A DNA stretch of 64,000 bases from Heteronotia binoei (taxonomy: Eukaryota), in the NCBI RefSeq assembly GCF_032191835.1, contig NC_083229.1:79298001-79362000 (forward strand), read 5' to 3'. Below are positions 1 through 14,049 of the stretch, in pieces. The position numbers and the translations under genes were made by a program. Position 1 is the first letter of the stretch. Every line of letters begins with the position of its first letter. Below the pieces are notes generated by a model, which was not told where the DNA came from, did no database searches, and saw only the letters and a program-made list of their open reading frames with translations.

Positions 1-902
1 GGTCCAAAGGAAGAGTTTACTCTGCAGTCCTAAAATACATTCCTAGAAATAAGCATTGAATACATTGGGACTTGATTCCATTGAATACATTGGGACTTGA
101 TTCCAAGCAGATCTGTTGAGGATTGATCCCTTAATTAGTCAACCTAAGAAGTGTCAGGACACAGAACTGTCCTTACTGCCTTACAATGTGGAGAGATTGG
201 GAAATACTCTTGCTGTCTTGATCACACAAAACAAGGATTCAGGCCCAGTCCAAAAATAGTGCTTCTGGACTTTTAATCTGGTTATGTAAATTGGGAGTAC
301 CATCTTCCTTCCTTTTTCAGGTCCAGCAACAATGCCAAGTTACATCTGCATCGTGGCTAGCTTAAATCATAACTTGCAAATCTGATTCTGATTATGGTTA
401 CAAACTCTGATTTGAATAATTAACAGTGGTGATGTAATCCTAAATTCTGAAGTTTGAAAAGGTTTGAAGAGGTTTGAAAAGAGCAAGGCGAAGGGAATTC
501 ATGAGAAGGAGATGAGGATAGGGAGATGGGTGACTACAGAAACTCACGGGCACTCCAAGTTCTTTGTCGGCCCTATAGCCAAACTCTCAAACTTGCAAAT
601 TCTCTCCCTTCCTTTTTTCAAACATAACCTTGGAGAAGAAACCAGGAATGTTATGTTTCATCTTTTATGAAGCTTTTATAGATAGGATGATAAATCATGT
701 ATCTAGAAGTTGATGGCATTTATCTGGAAAAGTTAACATACGTGAAACATTCAGAAATGAACTCCTTTTCCACATTTGCTTTGAATGTGCACATCAGCAC
801 AAATGTTCATGGGACCCCCCCCCCCCCCCATTGAGCTTCTTAGTGCAAAATATGGCCATTATGGGGATTTCTACCTTCCTCTGAACAGCTGGTACAGGGA
901 GG

Positions 903-1213
903 CAGGGCCGGATTAAACCCTGTGGAGGCCCCCAGGCAGTCACAATCTTGGAGGCTCCCTTGCAAATTATCTCAAAGAGTTGGAGCGGCTGCCCCACTGA
1001 CTGTGGCCCTGCTGCAGCCTGCAGACACCTTCTCAAAAGCACCTTTGACAAAGCTGCAGGGGAGATGCAGAGAGAGGCAAACTTGGCAATGACTCCAGCA
1101 TCAGCCACTCCAGGCAAGCCAGACAAAGAGTGGCTCAGTTACTGGCTGCACTTGCAGGCTGGGAGGGCTGCAAACAGGGGGAAAACTGGGGGAAAGCTGT
1201 TAATCCAGCCCTG
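903..1213. mobile_element. hAT-type non-autonomous DNA transposon (MITE)
   Basis: TIRs CAGGGCCGGATTAA / TTAATCCAGCCCTG; flanking 8-mers CAGGGAGG and CTGGAAGG (6/8, degenerate TSD). Confidence 0.65.
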
Positions 1214-1219
1214 CTGGAA

Positions 1220-1660
1220 GGGGCTGTGGCTCAGTAGAAGAGCCCCTGCTTAGCATGCAGAAGGGCCCAGGNNNNNNNNNNNNNNNNNNNNNNNNNNNNN
1301 NNNNNNNNNNNNNNNNNNNNNNNNNNNNNNNNNNNNNNNNNNNNNNNNNNNNNNNNNNNNNNNNNNNNNNNNNNNNNNNNNNNNNNNNNNNNNNNNNNNN
1401 NNNNNNNNNNNNNNNNNNNNNNNNNNNNNNNNNNNNNNNNNNNNNNNNNNNNNNNNNNNNNNNNNNNNNNNNNNNNNNNNNNNNNNNNNNNNNNNNNNNN
1501 CCCACCAAAGCAGGTTCAGATCCCATAGAAAGGACCAGGCAGTTGGTGATATGAAAGACTTCTGCCTGAGACCCTGGAGAGCTACTGCCAGTCTAAGTAG
1601 ACAATACTGACTTTCTTGGACTAGAGGTCTGATTTGGTATAAGGCAGCTTCATGTATTCA
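1220..1660 (+). mobile_element. tRNA-derived SINE (Squam2/Anolis SINE2-like), split by an assembly gap
   Basis: tRNA-like head GGGGCTGTGGCTCAGTAGAAGAGC..GCATGCAGAAGG; body GAGACCCTGGAGAG..GTAGACAATACTGAC..GTATAAGGCAGCTTCATGT matches the copy at 16109. Confidence 0.8.
1272..1500. other. Assembly gap (N run)
   Basis: Run of N. Confidence 1.
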
Positions 1661-3689
1661 CTGTCAAACACCAGCTACTAGATGATCTAGGTGCTTGGCA
1701 AAGATCCACTGCCACAAATACATTCAAAATTTTAGTAATATAGAGCAATTGGTTTGTATGAAGCCTGTGCATTAATTGTGTCTTTTTTCCTGTGAACCAT
1801 TTGCATTGTTATTCAACCTTATTTAGTGCACACTCATTTAAAACACGTATAACACTTGGTGACAATAACTCTTATTTTTCTGTATTGTACTTCCCTGGAT
1901 TTGTTTATGCATGCATCCCATTGAGCTAATCCACCTCCTTTTAGAATATCAGGGACTAGAAGAATGAACCACTGTGACCAGTTCCGTGATTTTCAGCAAG
2001 ATTCAGTGTGCAAGATGAGAGTGACACCTGGCAATAGAAGTCCACACTGCCTAGAAGAGATGCTACCTGAAGCTGGACAGAGCATGTTAAATAGATCCTA
2101 TTCAGAAGAAGGGCTAAGGATATTGTATCTGCTCTCACCAGATATGGTAGTGTTTCCCAGAAGAGCTCTTTCTCATGTAGTCTCAGGATATCTTGTTAGG
2201 AGTCAGAGGGTAGGGGCAGCGCAATAATGTGCCACAGGTTTGTGGATTGTGCTTTTTATACATTGACGATTATTTAGAATCCAAAAAACTGCATGCCGAA
2301 ACACAACAGATCCAAATGAAACAAATCCAGTTACTGCTATAGTTTTAGATGCTTGTAGTTTAGGAGGATACCCAGATGATGAGAGACAGGTTGCTGCAAG
2401 TGCAGGGTATGCTTTCATTCAGTTTGTTATCTCTATCAGTTCTGAATATTTCTTGTCAGTCTTAGCTGCTATCCATTGCCTTTTTTGTCATTATAATCAA
2501 GCAGCAGAACAGTCTGATACTTAGATGCTTTGGAAAGAGAGGCGTGCTTTTAAAAAATCTTTTCACTTGAGATACACTCGAGTGGGACACCAGGTGCAGT
2601 CAGTGTTGTTTTTTTATTATTATTATTAATCGGATAGTGTATTTACCTGTAAGATCAAACTATTTGTATAACACACTGGTGACATACAGAAGGACCTTTT
2701 CTAAGATATGCTGAGGGAATTGAACCCTGTACAACAGAGCTTGGAGCTGCATCTTACCTAGCAACTGTTTCTAAGTAGGACAACCTATCATTGTTCCCAA
2801 GGTGGAAAGAAAGGAGCTGGCAACACTGTTGGGAAGAAAACCTAATGCTAGGCCTGGATGGAAGGGGGAGGGGGAAGGGCACAAAGGCCCTGCAGCTGAG
2901 AAGGAGGAAGATTTTAGGATTAACATGGTGGTAGCTAGGAATGCCTGTAGCTGAAAAATTAAAAGGCTTTGGAGCCTGTAGTGGGGTATTCATTAGCAGG
3001 TGGGAAGGAAGGAGTTCAAGCTTTTAAAGATATCCAGGCTTTGTTGTTTGGAAACAAAGGTTCATGATAGCATGCAAACTTAAACAGTAAAATACTGTAT
3101 GTATAAAAGAACAATACGTGACAGAATTAGACAATCTCAAATTCTGTCAGCCATTGCTGTGCTTTCATATTCTCAGCTACAAAAAGCCAACCCAAATAGC
3201 AAGGACCTACATAGCTTCACTACATTTATTTAAATGTTGAGGCTTTGGCAGCTGCAAATGAGAATGGGAAGATACAGAAGGAAGTCTGAGATAGGAAAGG
3301 AAGTCTAGAAAAGAAAATGTATTTTACAGGGCAGTCAAATTAAATTCTGTTTTATATAAGTAGGGGGTATTCAGACACTCCTCCTAGTCCCCATAACTTT
3401 AGTGGGGCCTGGAGAAACTTGCAGTATTTTTTCAGCTCTCCTGTAGAGGAGTAAGTTAACAGCTGCTGCAACAAGGGACCCAGCAGTATATCTGTACTAT
3501 TAATCTGCCACAGACCCTGGAATAGAATCTTCTACATCTGGCTGAAGAGCATTGAGATATACCTACTAGTAATTTACAAAAATCTGATGCCCTTTTAACT
3601 TATATTTAACAAATGCTCTTAATTCTTACTGAAAGTTGAATACTCTAATACCTGCCTTTTGCGGGAGATAGATGGAATGGTTCAGAACA

Positions 3690-3820
3690 AAGAAGTCCAC
3701 AGGCCCAGCCTTTGGTTTGCAAGACCTGAGCGAGGCTATTAACAATAGAATGTTTTGGAGGTCATTAATTCATGGGGTTACCAAAAATCAAAAGTGACTT
3801 GATGGCACTTAACATACAAA
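3690..3820 (+). mobile_element. RTE-BovB LINE 3' end fragment
   Basis: TTTGCAAGACCTGAGC..GGAGGTCATTAATTCAT..GACTTGATGGCACTTAACA, homologous to the 3' part of the copy at 6780-7090. Confidence 0.65.
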
Positions 3821-3897
3821 GAGGAAATGCTTCTTAAGACTGGATGAAAATCTGTTCATCACATGGAGTATCTTAGTCATGTTTAATCCAGTGCTGA

Positions 3898-4149
<252 letters not shown>

Positions 4150-6779
4150 TAATGGATTCATGCACATTCTCCAATGATGTCATTTATGCTGTGTTGACTT
4201 CAGGTCAACTTGTTTACAATTATTAGATTTGTGCTTATTAGAGATATTGATTAGGAATTATTTAAAAAGTCAAATGTGATGAGCGATCAGGCATCCATCT
4301 ACCTGAACAGAATCCCAAACATACCTCTCAAATAATGTATTTTATTGTGTCAATACTGATTTTATGTGTAAATTCCCTGCCCACAAAAATACTTACAAAG
4401 ATTAGGAGCTGTGCTATACATCTAAATTAAAGCAAAACACATAAGAGAGAAAAATTTTAAAGTCTTTTTTGTTCTCCAAAGTATGCTTTATAATTTTCTT
4501 TTCTAATCATCATATTGCTGTTTAACATGCCCTATTAGCAGCAACAAAGGACATTTTTGCAACATGTTTTGATAGTAGATGTATTCTGGAAAGAATCTGA
4601 AGTACCTTTTATTAAAAACTAGAGGGAGGATACATTTTATTAGAAAGATTAAAACCTGGTAGACTGTAGCAGTTAAAGGTGGTGGGCAGAATGTCCTACA
4701 ATAAGTATTCTCTCCACCTTGTGGTAGTTGTTTCTCCAGTACCTGCTCTTCCCCATACCCCATAACTGGTAATCAGTCTTCAGAGAACCTACACAGAGTT
4801 CTTTGTTTCTCTGGCAGCTCCTCATATAGCATAACTAACAACTTCTGAAATTCAGGATCCATTTATTAAATATGTATACCCACTTTTCCCTTGTAGCTCA
4901 AGGCAGTTTATAATTCCATATTAAAAGCATACATAATATAATAAAACACCTTCTGTATCAATGCTCCCATCCCTCATGCTCACTCGATGGAACACCAGGA
5001 GAAAAATAGAGGGTGAGGGACAGCATTTTCATTGCTCTAGAAACATCTCCAGATCTCTGTTTCGAACCATAGAGGTTGGAGAAATTCCTAGAGCATCATG
5101 GCTACCATGATATCACTTTTGGGTGCTCACCCAGAAGTGATGTCACAGTGTCCATGCCATCATCTCTCCACAGGTTGGGCCCTCGCATTGTTCCCAGGAG
5201 TAGCCAACAAAGGACTGGAAACCGTAATAAAATCCCATTAACCTCCTTCCCCAATTCCTTCTACTCAAACATCATTAAAAGCTAAAGTGACTTTACTGCA
5301 CCTCTTGAAAAGTTCTAAGGACAGTACTTCCATGTCCTCCCTAGGAAGTGTATTACAAAAGGTGTAAGCCACACTTGGAAAAGACCAGATGCTGGTAGAT
5401 GGAGACCACCTAAAGTGGGAGGACTACTTAAGGTAGCAACTAGCAGAACATAATGGAGACATGGAAAAAGAGGGTCCTTCAGATATGTGGATTGTGGGCC
5501 ATGAATGGCTTTAACCGCCTTGATTTGAATTCAGAATCAAACTGGCAGCTGATGTAACTGTTTTAAATATATTTTCATTAGCTAGCTCCTAACAAAAATC
5601 ATATAAATCGATAATACATTCTGAACAAGTTGCAATTTCTGGCAAGAGGAGCCAGATGAAGCATATTACTGTATGCTACCTGCAGAATTACAAAAGTGTG
5701 GATTAATGAGTGGCAGAGATAGTGAATGTCTACTATTAGGAGTGGGGGACAGTAAAAAAAAAAATCCCACCTCGGTACCTGAGCCTTGGCAGTTCCTAAA
5801 GTAGCAGTTTTGTCCCTAGTCCTTGGAAATAACTGGTGACATTTGTTATGCTAAAAGAAAATCATATGGGTATTCTTGGCTTTTTTGGAAGCTAGGGAGG
5901 GGCAATATGAAGGCTTTGAGGCACTATCAGTGACTGATACAGCTGTAGGTATAGGACTCCCAGTATATCTCCCAGTATATCCTACAACTGTCATTTTCTT
6001 CTGCTTTTTATAAAAACAAAATAACTTCCGAGAAGAGGAATATAATCTGTATAAGGCTGCCTGTAGTAAAATTGGAATTCAGACAACAGGATACATATTT
6101 TCAGAATCAGATCTCTAGTCATGCTTCTATTTCCATACAAGCATAACTTGTTTCTGTGCTGTTCATGTGTCACAGTATGCTCAGATATGTAATACTACAC
6201 ATCTCAAAATGTTTGCCCCATGACTTATGGTTCATATTTAAATGTTTACTACAAATAACATATTCCAGTGTGTAATACACATTAACATTTGACCTTGTTT
6301 GCACACCCAGACAAGTCTGGATCACACATGGGTGTATATCTGCTGACTATTTAACACTCAGAAGGTTACAACATGTAAATCAGTACAGGGCATAATTTTA
6401 GCCTTCCCTTTTCCCAAGCAGCCTCCCGTAACTGCCAAAAAACTTCTGCTGAGGGCCACAGTCCTTTATAAATGAAATGCACTGTAGAATGGGAACTGTA
6501 GCAAGGAAGGGGAAAATCCCCATCTTCCACTTGTGAAGCAAGTTTCAAGCTCGTTTCCTCCACTGGTGGGGGCCAATTTCATCCACTTCCCTCTTCACTG
6601 TGTTCTTTGATATTTTGTCCACATGTTGTCCCAACCCAGTAGAGGGTTGGGGGTGGGGGGGAAATGTTCCTGAAGCAGTTGTCTACCTGCTTCAGGAACA
6701 AGGGGAGGAACTGCCTCCATAAAGTCTTGTACTGGTGACTCATAGGACCAATCCTCTGAACTTGGAGGAGACTTTAAGA

Positions 6780-7090
6780 TAAATAAGTGGGTTCTATGAC
6801 AAATCAAGCTTGAGCTCTCCCTAGAAGCTAAAATGAGTAAACTGAGGCTATCATACTTTAGTCACATTATGAGAAGACAAGATTCACTGGAAAAGACAAT
6901 AATGCTAGGAAAAATAAAAGGCAGCAGGAGAAGAGGAAGACCCAACATGAGATGGATTGTCTCAATAAAAAAAGCCACGGCTCTCGGTTTGCAAGACTTG
7001 TGCAAGACTGTTAACAATGGGACACTCTGGAGGTCATTAATTCATAGAGTCACCATAAGTTGGAAGCAAGCTGATGGCAATAACACACAT
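6780..7090 (+). mobile_element. RTE-BovB LINE 3' fragment (C-terminus of the RT ORF plus tail)
   Basis: ORF 6833-7189 reads SLEAKMSKLRLSYFSHIMRRQDSLEKTIMLGKIKGSRRRGRPNMRW, the typical BovB C-terminus. Confidence 0.9.
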
Positions 7091-8913
7091 AAGAGAAAGA
7101 GAGACACCTCTCCAACTGCAAACTCATGTGTAAAGCCCATTGTCTGCTGTTTAATCTGTGACAATTCTTTCACGTCAGTCATCACTTGATTCTTCTGTTA
7201 CCAAATGGCAAACTTGCCTCTACGAACTTGCCCAAAACATATTATTGAGCATACTTGCCTGGTTTCTATATTGTTTCTCCCCATCATTCTGATACACACT
7301 CTACTGTAATTCATTTCCCCACCACTGTCTCCTACATTCTAGTCTTGTACCATTTGATAATCAGCTCAAGACAACTAGAGGTGCACCAGGCCAAACCTTG
7401 CAGCCACTTCTCCCTTTCAGCTGTCACTCACAGTTGTGATAAGCCCAGGTGACAGTTTTGATTGGCCTCCTACCAGTCTGATGAACAAAAGTGCTTCCCA
7501 AACACACACACACCCCCAATCTGAGAAACACTGCATAAACAATACCACTGGTAAAAATTAAACAATTGAAAGGCTGCATACAGAACTTTATTTAATACTA
7601 TTTTAAATTATATCCTGAATCAGGGCATTTTTTCTCTGGGGGAACGCAGCAGAACGGAGTTCTAAAACCTCTTAAAGGAAACAAAATTCCCACAAAATGT
7701 TTAAAATTCATGAGGCACCCAATATTTTTCTCTTTCATTTCCCTCTTGAGAGTTCCAGCACCTCTTTTTCCAGAAAAAAAGCCCTGTTCTGAATCATCAC
7801 ACATAAATTCAGGATTTGTTTTTTTCTAAAAAGAGGAAAATCAATGGCTTACCAAGTTTTATATAAATGGGAAGTATTTCTGCAGGTTTGTTCACCATTG
7901 ATGCACATTGATAAGAAAACATGACCCTTCAGTACCTTCATATTATTTCTTGTTGTTTGACAGCTGTGTTTCCAATAAAATGTAAACAAACCCTACAAAA
8001 GGAAATTAATGCTGAGTTTGTCTTCTGTTGGTTAGCATTACTACTTCTCATTATTACCTTCCTGTATATCAGCTAAATATATTTTCCCTGCATTATAACA
8101 TTTAGTTAATTTTCACTGTACAGCTTGTAGTAATAATGTCTGAAGCTATGGATAGTTTTACTTTCAACAGTTTGCCTGTCAGGCATCCGTGTTCAATAAT
8201 TCTTTCAGTCAAGCATTTCTCTGTATTTTGGTCTTTGAACTGATTGAACCAGGATTCTCTCCCGCACCCCCCTCCCCAATTCCCCCCCATGTATAGAAGA
8301 CAGTTTTCTTTTACCCCCTTATATGACTTGTGTTTCTAAGAGTTACGCTTGAGTTTGCTTTTATATTTTAAGTGCAATGTGCAGGTAGCACCTGAGAAGC
8401 AACCTTGCTGATGGCTCTCACAATAAATAAGTTACTGGATTGAAAGAATCCTTTCAAAGCCAGTGGCCTTATAAAATGTGTTAAGAAGTGTAGATGACTT
8501 CTATTCCAATCTGTATTAAAAGCCACTCATTCCCCCTCCTTGCTTTTGGCTGATGGGGTAAATAGACACAGCACATGTATCATAAACAATAATGTTTTAT
8601 GAGTAATATGCTATTAAATCATTTCAGCATGTAGAATATTAACAAAAACAGAAACTCACCATTATAAAGGATTTTTTAAAACAGAAAATGGAATCCAATC
8701 CTTTTTTAAGGTAATGAGAAATGTGATTAAAATGTATGACTCACAAGAACAGTATTCTAATTTTTTGTTGTTGGCATTCAATTAGAATTATTTTAATGAT
8801 TAGGAATAGAGTCAAAGTTAAATGCCAGCATCTTTCATAAATCCTTTCTCTGCCTATACAGATTAATATTGTAGATGCAAACTTTTTTTTAGGTCACAGT
8901 GCACCAAGCATCC

Positions 8914-9125
8914 NNNNNNNNNNNNNNNNNNNNNNNNNNNNNNNNNNNNNNNNNNNNNNNNNNNNNNNNNNNNNNNNNNNNNNNNNNNNNNNNNNNNNNN
9001 NNNNNNNNNNNNNNNNNNNNNNNNNNNNNNNNNNNNNNNNNNNNNNNNNNNNNNNNNNNNNNNNNNNNNNNNNNNNNNNNNNNNNNNNNNNNNNNNNNNN
9101 NNNNNNNNNNNNNNNNNNNNNNNNN
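8914..9125. other. Assembly gap (N run)
   Basis: Run of N. Confidence 1.
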
Positions 9126-9589
9126 TTTCACATTTATAGACATTGCCCCAATGTAGCTGTGGGATATAATTTTTAACATTAACACATTTAAATACAGAAT
9201 TGTTTGTTAGAATTAACTTTTAGGCAAATGTGGGGGGAAAACCCAGGGCTTTGGCATCTATTGTTTCCAAATTAAACAGCAGCAAAGAATTTTTTAAATA
9301 TGTTTCTTAGATTCAGAACTAAATTAATTGTGGGGTGGATGAGAGAAGGGACATTTCTAAATGTTTTAGATTTAAATAATATTGACTTTTTACCAGACAT
9401 ACAGCACATTTTTTTTTACAAAGAAAGGAAAATTAGGAGTTGAATGTGGAACTGAGCAATCATGGCTGATGCCTATTATAGCAACAGTATAATCAGAAAT
9501 TATAGGGTTCTTGGATAATTGTAGCCTTTGCAATTGCTCTGAGTTAATGAGGAACTGTTCACAAAATGTCTCCCCACATATAAGATTGA

Positions 9590-9835
<246 letters not shown>

Positions 9836-10297
9836 TGAATAGCTCTGGTGTTTAATGGGGACCAGGGATAGTGCACCAGGATAAACAGAAACTGTAATCC
9901 ACATGTGATGCTTGTCTGAACTGCTTCTGAAAACTGTCAGAGATGCTACCTAAGAAGCATCTGTCTTTGTGCTGCATACCACATCTTACAGGTTCCTTGG
10001 ATTCCTAGATGGGGGAAATACACAAGTGTTACAGAGCTGTGGTTTCTCATATTGCAAAGAAAAAAAGTGTGGTGTGAAGGCTCACTCGTCATTTTATAAC
10101 TTGCTAAAATGAATCAACTACTTTCTCCAGAAAAATTCTCTTTTGATTTGTTTTAATAAGTGGGACAGTTCTGGAATTAATGGTTTTGGTAGTTAATCAC
10201 AGTTGTCTTATTATGTTGCTTTCCCATAATAATCACCTGAATCAAGAACCATCAATTTCTACAGTAGGACAGTGCTCTGAATGTGTAATGTGTTTAA

Positions 10298-10946
10298 TAG
10301 GGATGGGCCCTAACCTAAACCAAGCCAGAAGGCCCCCACCTGAACCCAGCCAATCTGACAAGTTTGATCCCCCCACCCTTTCTCCTGGCTGTGATTTGCT
10401 GTATCCAGGAGAAAGGGAGGATTGCCAGGGAAGGGGTAAATGACTAGCAGCCATTTAACCCATCCGTTTTGCTTCTCCTCATTTCAAAGTGGGAGTGGGG
10501 GGAGCAAAACCAATGAGTTTAATGACTTTCAGCCATTTAAACCTAAGTGAGCACCCATCAGCACCCATCAGCTGTTAGGTTTAAATTGCTGGCAGTTATT
10601 TCACTGTTCAGTTTTGCTTCCCTCTGCTTCAAAGTGGAAGGAAGTGAAACCAACCAGGAAGATAGCTTGCAGCCATTTCAACCTAACAGTGGGGCAGGTG
10701 CACCCATCAGCTTCTTCCTCTTCATAGCAGATGGGGGAATGAAACTGACCAGTGAAATGGCTAATGGCCATTTAAACCTAACAGGTCAGTTGTGGACCTG
10801 CACTACTCAGCTGTTAGGTTTAAATTGCCCCGACAGCTGAAACAGACAAGTTTGATAAATGTTCAGGGAACATTGGTTTGGGGGCTCCGAACTGGCTCAA
10901 GTTTCTGCTGAATTTTGGCTTATGAGCTGGCTTGTGCCCATCCCTA
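10298..10946. mobile_element. hAT-like MITE with TAGGGATGGGC TIRs and internal inverted sub-repeats
   Basis: TIRs TAGGGATGGGC / GCCCATCCCTA; flanks GTGTTTAA and GTATTTAC (6/8); internal CATTTAAACCTAACAG / CTGTTAGGTTTAAAT units. Confidence 0.7.
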
Positions 10947-11499
10947 GTATTTACAGCTTATTCAGAAGCATTTACAGTCTAAACTAAAAATGTATGTTCC
11001 TTGGTAATAAGTGCCCTGGAATCCCTAACCTTTTACTTCTGTACATAAATTATGTAGTTCAGGGTTGGTTGCTGTATTATTTCCACTGAAGTAGTTGAAA
11101 CCTGTGAGAGGGCAGAAGCTATTTGGGAAGCATGAGAATGTTGCAAATGTGCTAATGGTCTTTTGTCTTCAAAAAGCAAGCTCCATGGCTTCCAGAATGA
11201 TCTCCTTGTCTTTTATATTGGGTTGGATCCAGCTAGCTGTTTTATATTGGGTTGCATCCAGCCAACTGTTTCTTACAACCTCACTGAATTCCTCCCTGCA
11301 ATCCCCATCCCACATTTGTTTTGTCCATGCAGGGCCCATGATCCTTAGAATTCCCTTCTTGATGGACAAAAGTGACCCTGACCTTCATTTTTCATGAATG
11401 GTTGTTTCCCAAATAGGAAATATGTCGGGGGGGGGGGGTGTTCCAATATTTTGATTATTATCCCAAATAGTCTTTCTGTTTACTCAGCACACTACTAGA

Positions 11500-11770
11500 T
11501 CTTGCGGCACCCACAATGAGACCTGTGGACACCATTTTCATTTTAGAGCTGAATCGGGGCCATTTAAAAATGCTGCACCACAGCACAATGGGACTAGGCA
11601 CCCTCCCCCTGCCTCTTCTCACACGCAAAAGCAGCCACGCCCCCCCTTTGTGCCATTTCACACTTGAAATGGCACAAAGGGGACAAGAATTTCTAGTCCC
11701 GCCATGCTGCGAGCCTCAACAGAATTTTTAAATGGACTGAGTTCAGCTGTAAAATGGCAGAGTACCATGG
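11500..11770. repeat. Decayed foldback (palindromic) element
   Basis: Perfect 18-bp inverted repeat 11643-11660 / 11665-11682 with a CACT loop, plus symmetric outer matches (GGGACTAG / CTAGTCCC; CCATTTAAAAA / TTTTTAAATGG). Confidence 0.6.
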
Positions 11771-13870
11771 GCACTATAACATCTAATTGTGCCCTCAGAT
11801 AGTGGTGTTTGGAGGCTGCTGAGTATTCCTTGCAGAAATCTTAATCATGGGTCTTAGCAGGCATTCTTCTTCTTCGTTCACCTTGCAGAAAGCTTTGTCT
11901 TTTGTTAAAAGTGGTAGTTTTAAGCCCCTAGCGTTCTTTTGTAAATTCACATTTTACTTTCATTGGGGCATTGTTGTTCTCGAGAGAGAATCAGAAAAGA
12001 AGTAAGTCTAAAGCTCCTTGTGTGAAGCTCAAAGAATATATTTGAAGAGGTCTCTGAATTGCTAGAATTTAGCAGCTAAGGGTTTACTGAAAAGACTTTT
12101 TTGTTACACCTGTTGAAAATTAAGAAAATTACATAGCTAAAATATTGAGCCATTTTATACTTTACAAAAGTATACACTTACGTAATGGTGAAAACCCTTT
12201 TTTATATGATTAATGAAATCAACTAACAAGATTGTAAGTTATGTGTTTATAAATGTAAATGTGCTTACCAAAAAGATATTCAAGCTGAAGAGGTCCAACA
12301 GTGCTTACCCTATTAAAAGCTAATAAAAGCTAGATCCTGTTTTGGTGGTAGCATAGTTTTGTTGTTGTTTGGGGATTTATTGTTTGTTTTTCCTTATATT
12401 TCCCCAATTCCAGTTTTATTTTGTCCTTTGTCATTTAATGTGTTTTGCCTTTGGCTGGCATTTTCGGTGTCTGTTTCCTCTTTGTCTATGACCAGTGCAA
12501 GGCTGGTCTTTTTCCAAGGTTAACTGACTCATTGTAGAAGTCTTCAGAGGGATGGATTAAAGGCTGAATTATGTGGATGTAGGTGGTGGGTGAGCAGGAG
12601 AAGGAAGGGGAAATACAACGTTGATACCTTTTCCAAGTAAGATTTAACTATAACCTAAAACTTGCTGTGATGGGGGTAAAAATCCCCCCCAACCATTATT
12701 GTCTAATTCATTTTCACTGAGTTGTTATAATCCAATTTTTGTGCAACCTATGTTGTACTTTGCAACCATTAGCTAATTGATCATCCCAGCCTCTCAAGAG
12801 AAAAAGGAGACAGGGAACTTAGCTTTACAGATGTAGGAAGAAGAGAAGAAATATTATGGCATGGAAAGAAAGAATATTTTGTGAAGTAATACTGTGAACA
12901 ATCTGGATAAGTTTAGTTTAGATTTTTAAAAGCGTGAGGAAAGATGACAGTTTTCATGTGTTGCATAAGATCTTAGAAAAGAGGAGGAAGGACAGTTGTT
13001 CATCCTTTCAACTAAGGATAAAACAACCAATGCAGCTTTTAAAATAAAGAATAGTTAGGAAATACAGGAGCAGAATAGCAATATAACAAGCTGCTTATCA
13101 AGGCTATATAATCTTACACTTCAGAACTATTCAAAGGAAGGCCAGACAAAGCTGTCAAGGTGATGCTTTTTGGAAGCACAGGAGGATATTGTGTTTTAGG
13201 ATTGAGTAGGATGCACCAAATTGGGTCTCTTTTAACTCTTACAATGATTTTACAATAATATCCCAACTAACCTCTGGCACTGCAGTTTTGAAGACATCCA
13301 GCAGACATGTTTGGTCCTAAAAATGGTGCAACCAGATGTATTCAGACTGAATAACATTTTTATTCGTTTGCAGTAATTACAGGATTTTGAAGCACATTAT
13401 GAGGCATTTTACTGTCCTTCCAATGACAAGAAGAGTAGAATTAAGCAAACATAGGAGAAGTGCTTTTTTTTTTTTTACTGGAACCACAATGCCTGTAAAG
13501 GTATTTAATAACACTCTAGATAGGAATATCATATTCTTGGTGGCAGCCAACATAAAACATACTAGCAAGCCATTCTGATAGGCATCTCATGGAATTATCT
13601 GCCCACTCATTTTAAGGGCCACATTCAACCTTGGATTGTTCTGGGTTAATCAAAGGGTTACATGACATTGTTAGCATTTGATGTACTCTGATGATACTCA
13701 AACTATTGAGCTACCACTCCTTAATTTCTACTAGATGCTTTGAGAAAGCTCCAATCAAACCTGTAAGAAAGAGATTATGGTAGACACAAAGCTAATGATA
13801 CCATCTTCAATACTGTGTCTCTGATTATACATATATAAATTGATGGAGGAAGCCTTTAAATTTAATGAAC

Positions 13871-13913
13871 ATGCTCGCTTTGGCAGCACATATACTAAAA
13901 TTGGAACAAAACA
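13871..13913 (+). pseudogene. 3'-truncated U6 snRNA retrocopy
   Basis: ATGCTCGCTTTGGCAGCACATATACTAAAATTGGAACAAAACA versus the U6 5' end GTGCTCGCTTCGGCAGCACATATACTAAAATTGGAACGATACA; flanks TAATGAAC and TAATTAAC (7/8). Confidence 0.85.
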
Positions 13914-14049
13914 TAATTAACAGTTTAAATTTTTAAAGGTACTTTATTTTAAAAAAAACACTACGTTTTTTTTTTTAAATAAGGTATGTGATTACATTTA
14001 ACTGTGCTGGATTTCAGGTGTTGTTGGAAAGAGAAGAAACTCTTATTGA

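Noticed and set aside
13871-13913. Functional U6 snRNA gene
   Set aside because: Only about 43 of about 107 nt are present, with substitutions and no recognisable upstream PSE/TATA.
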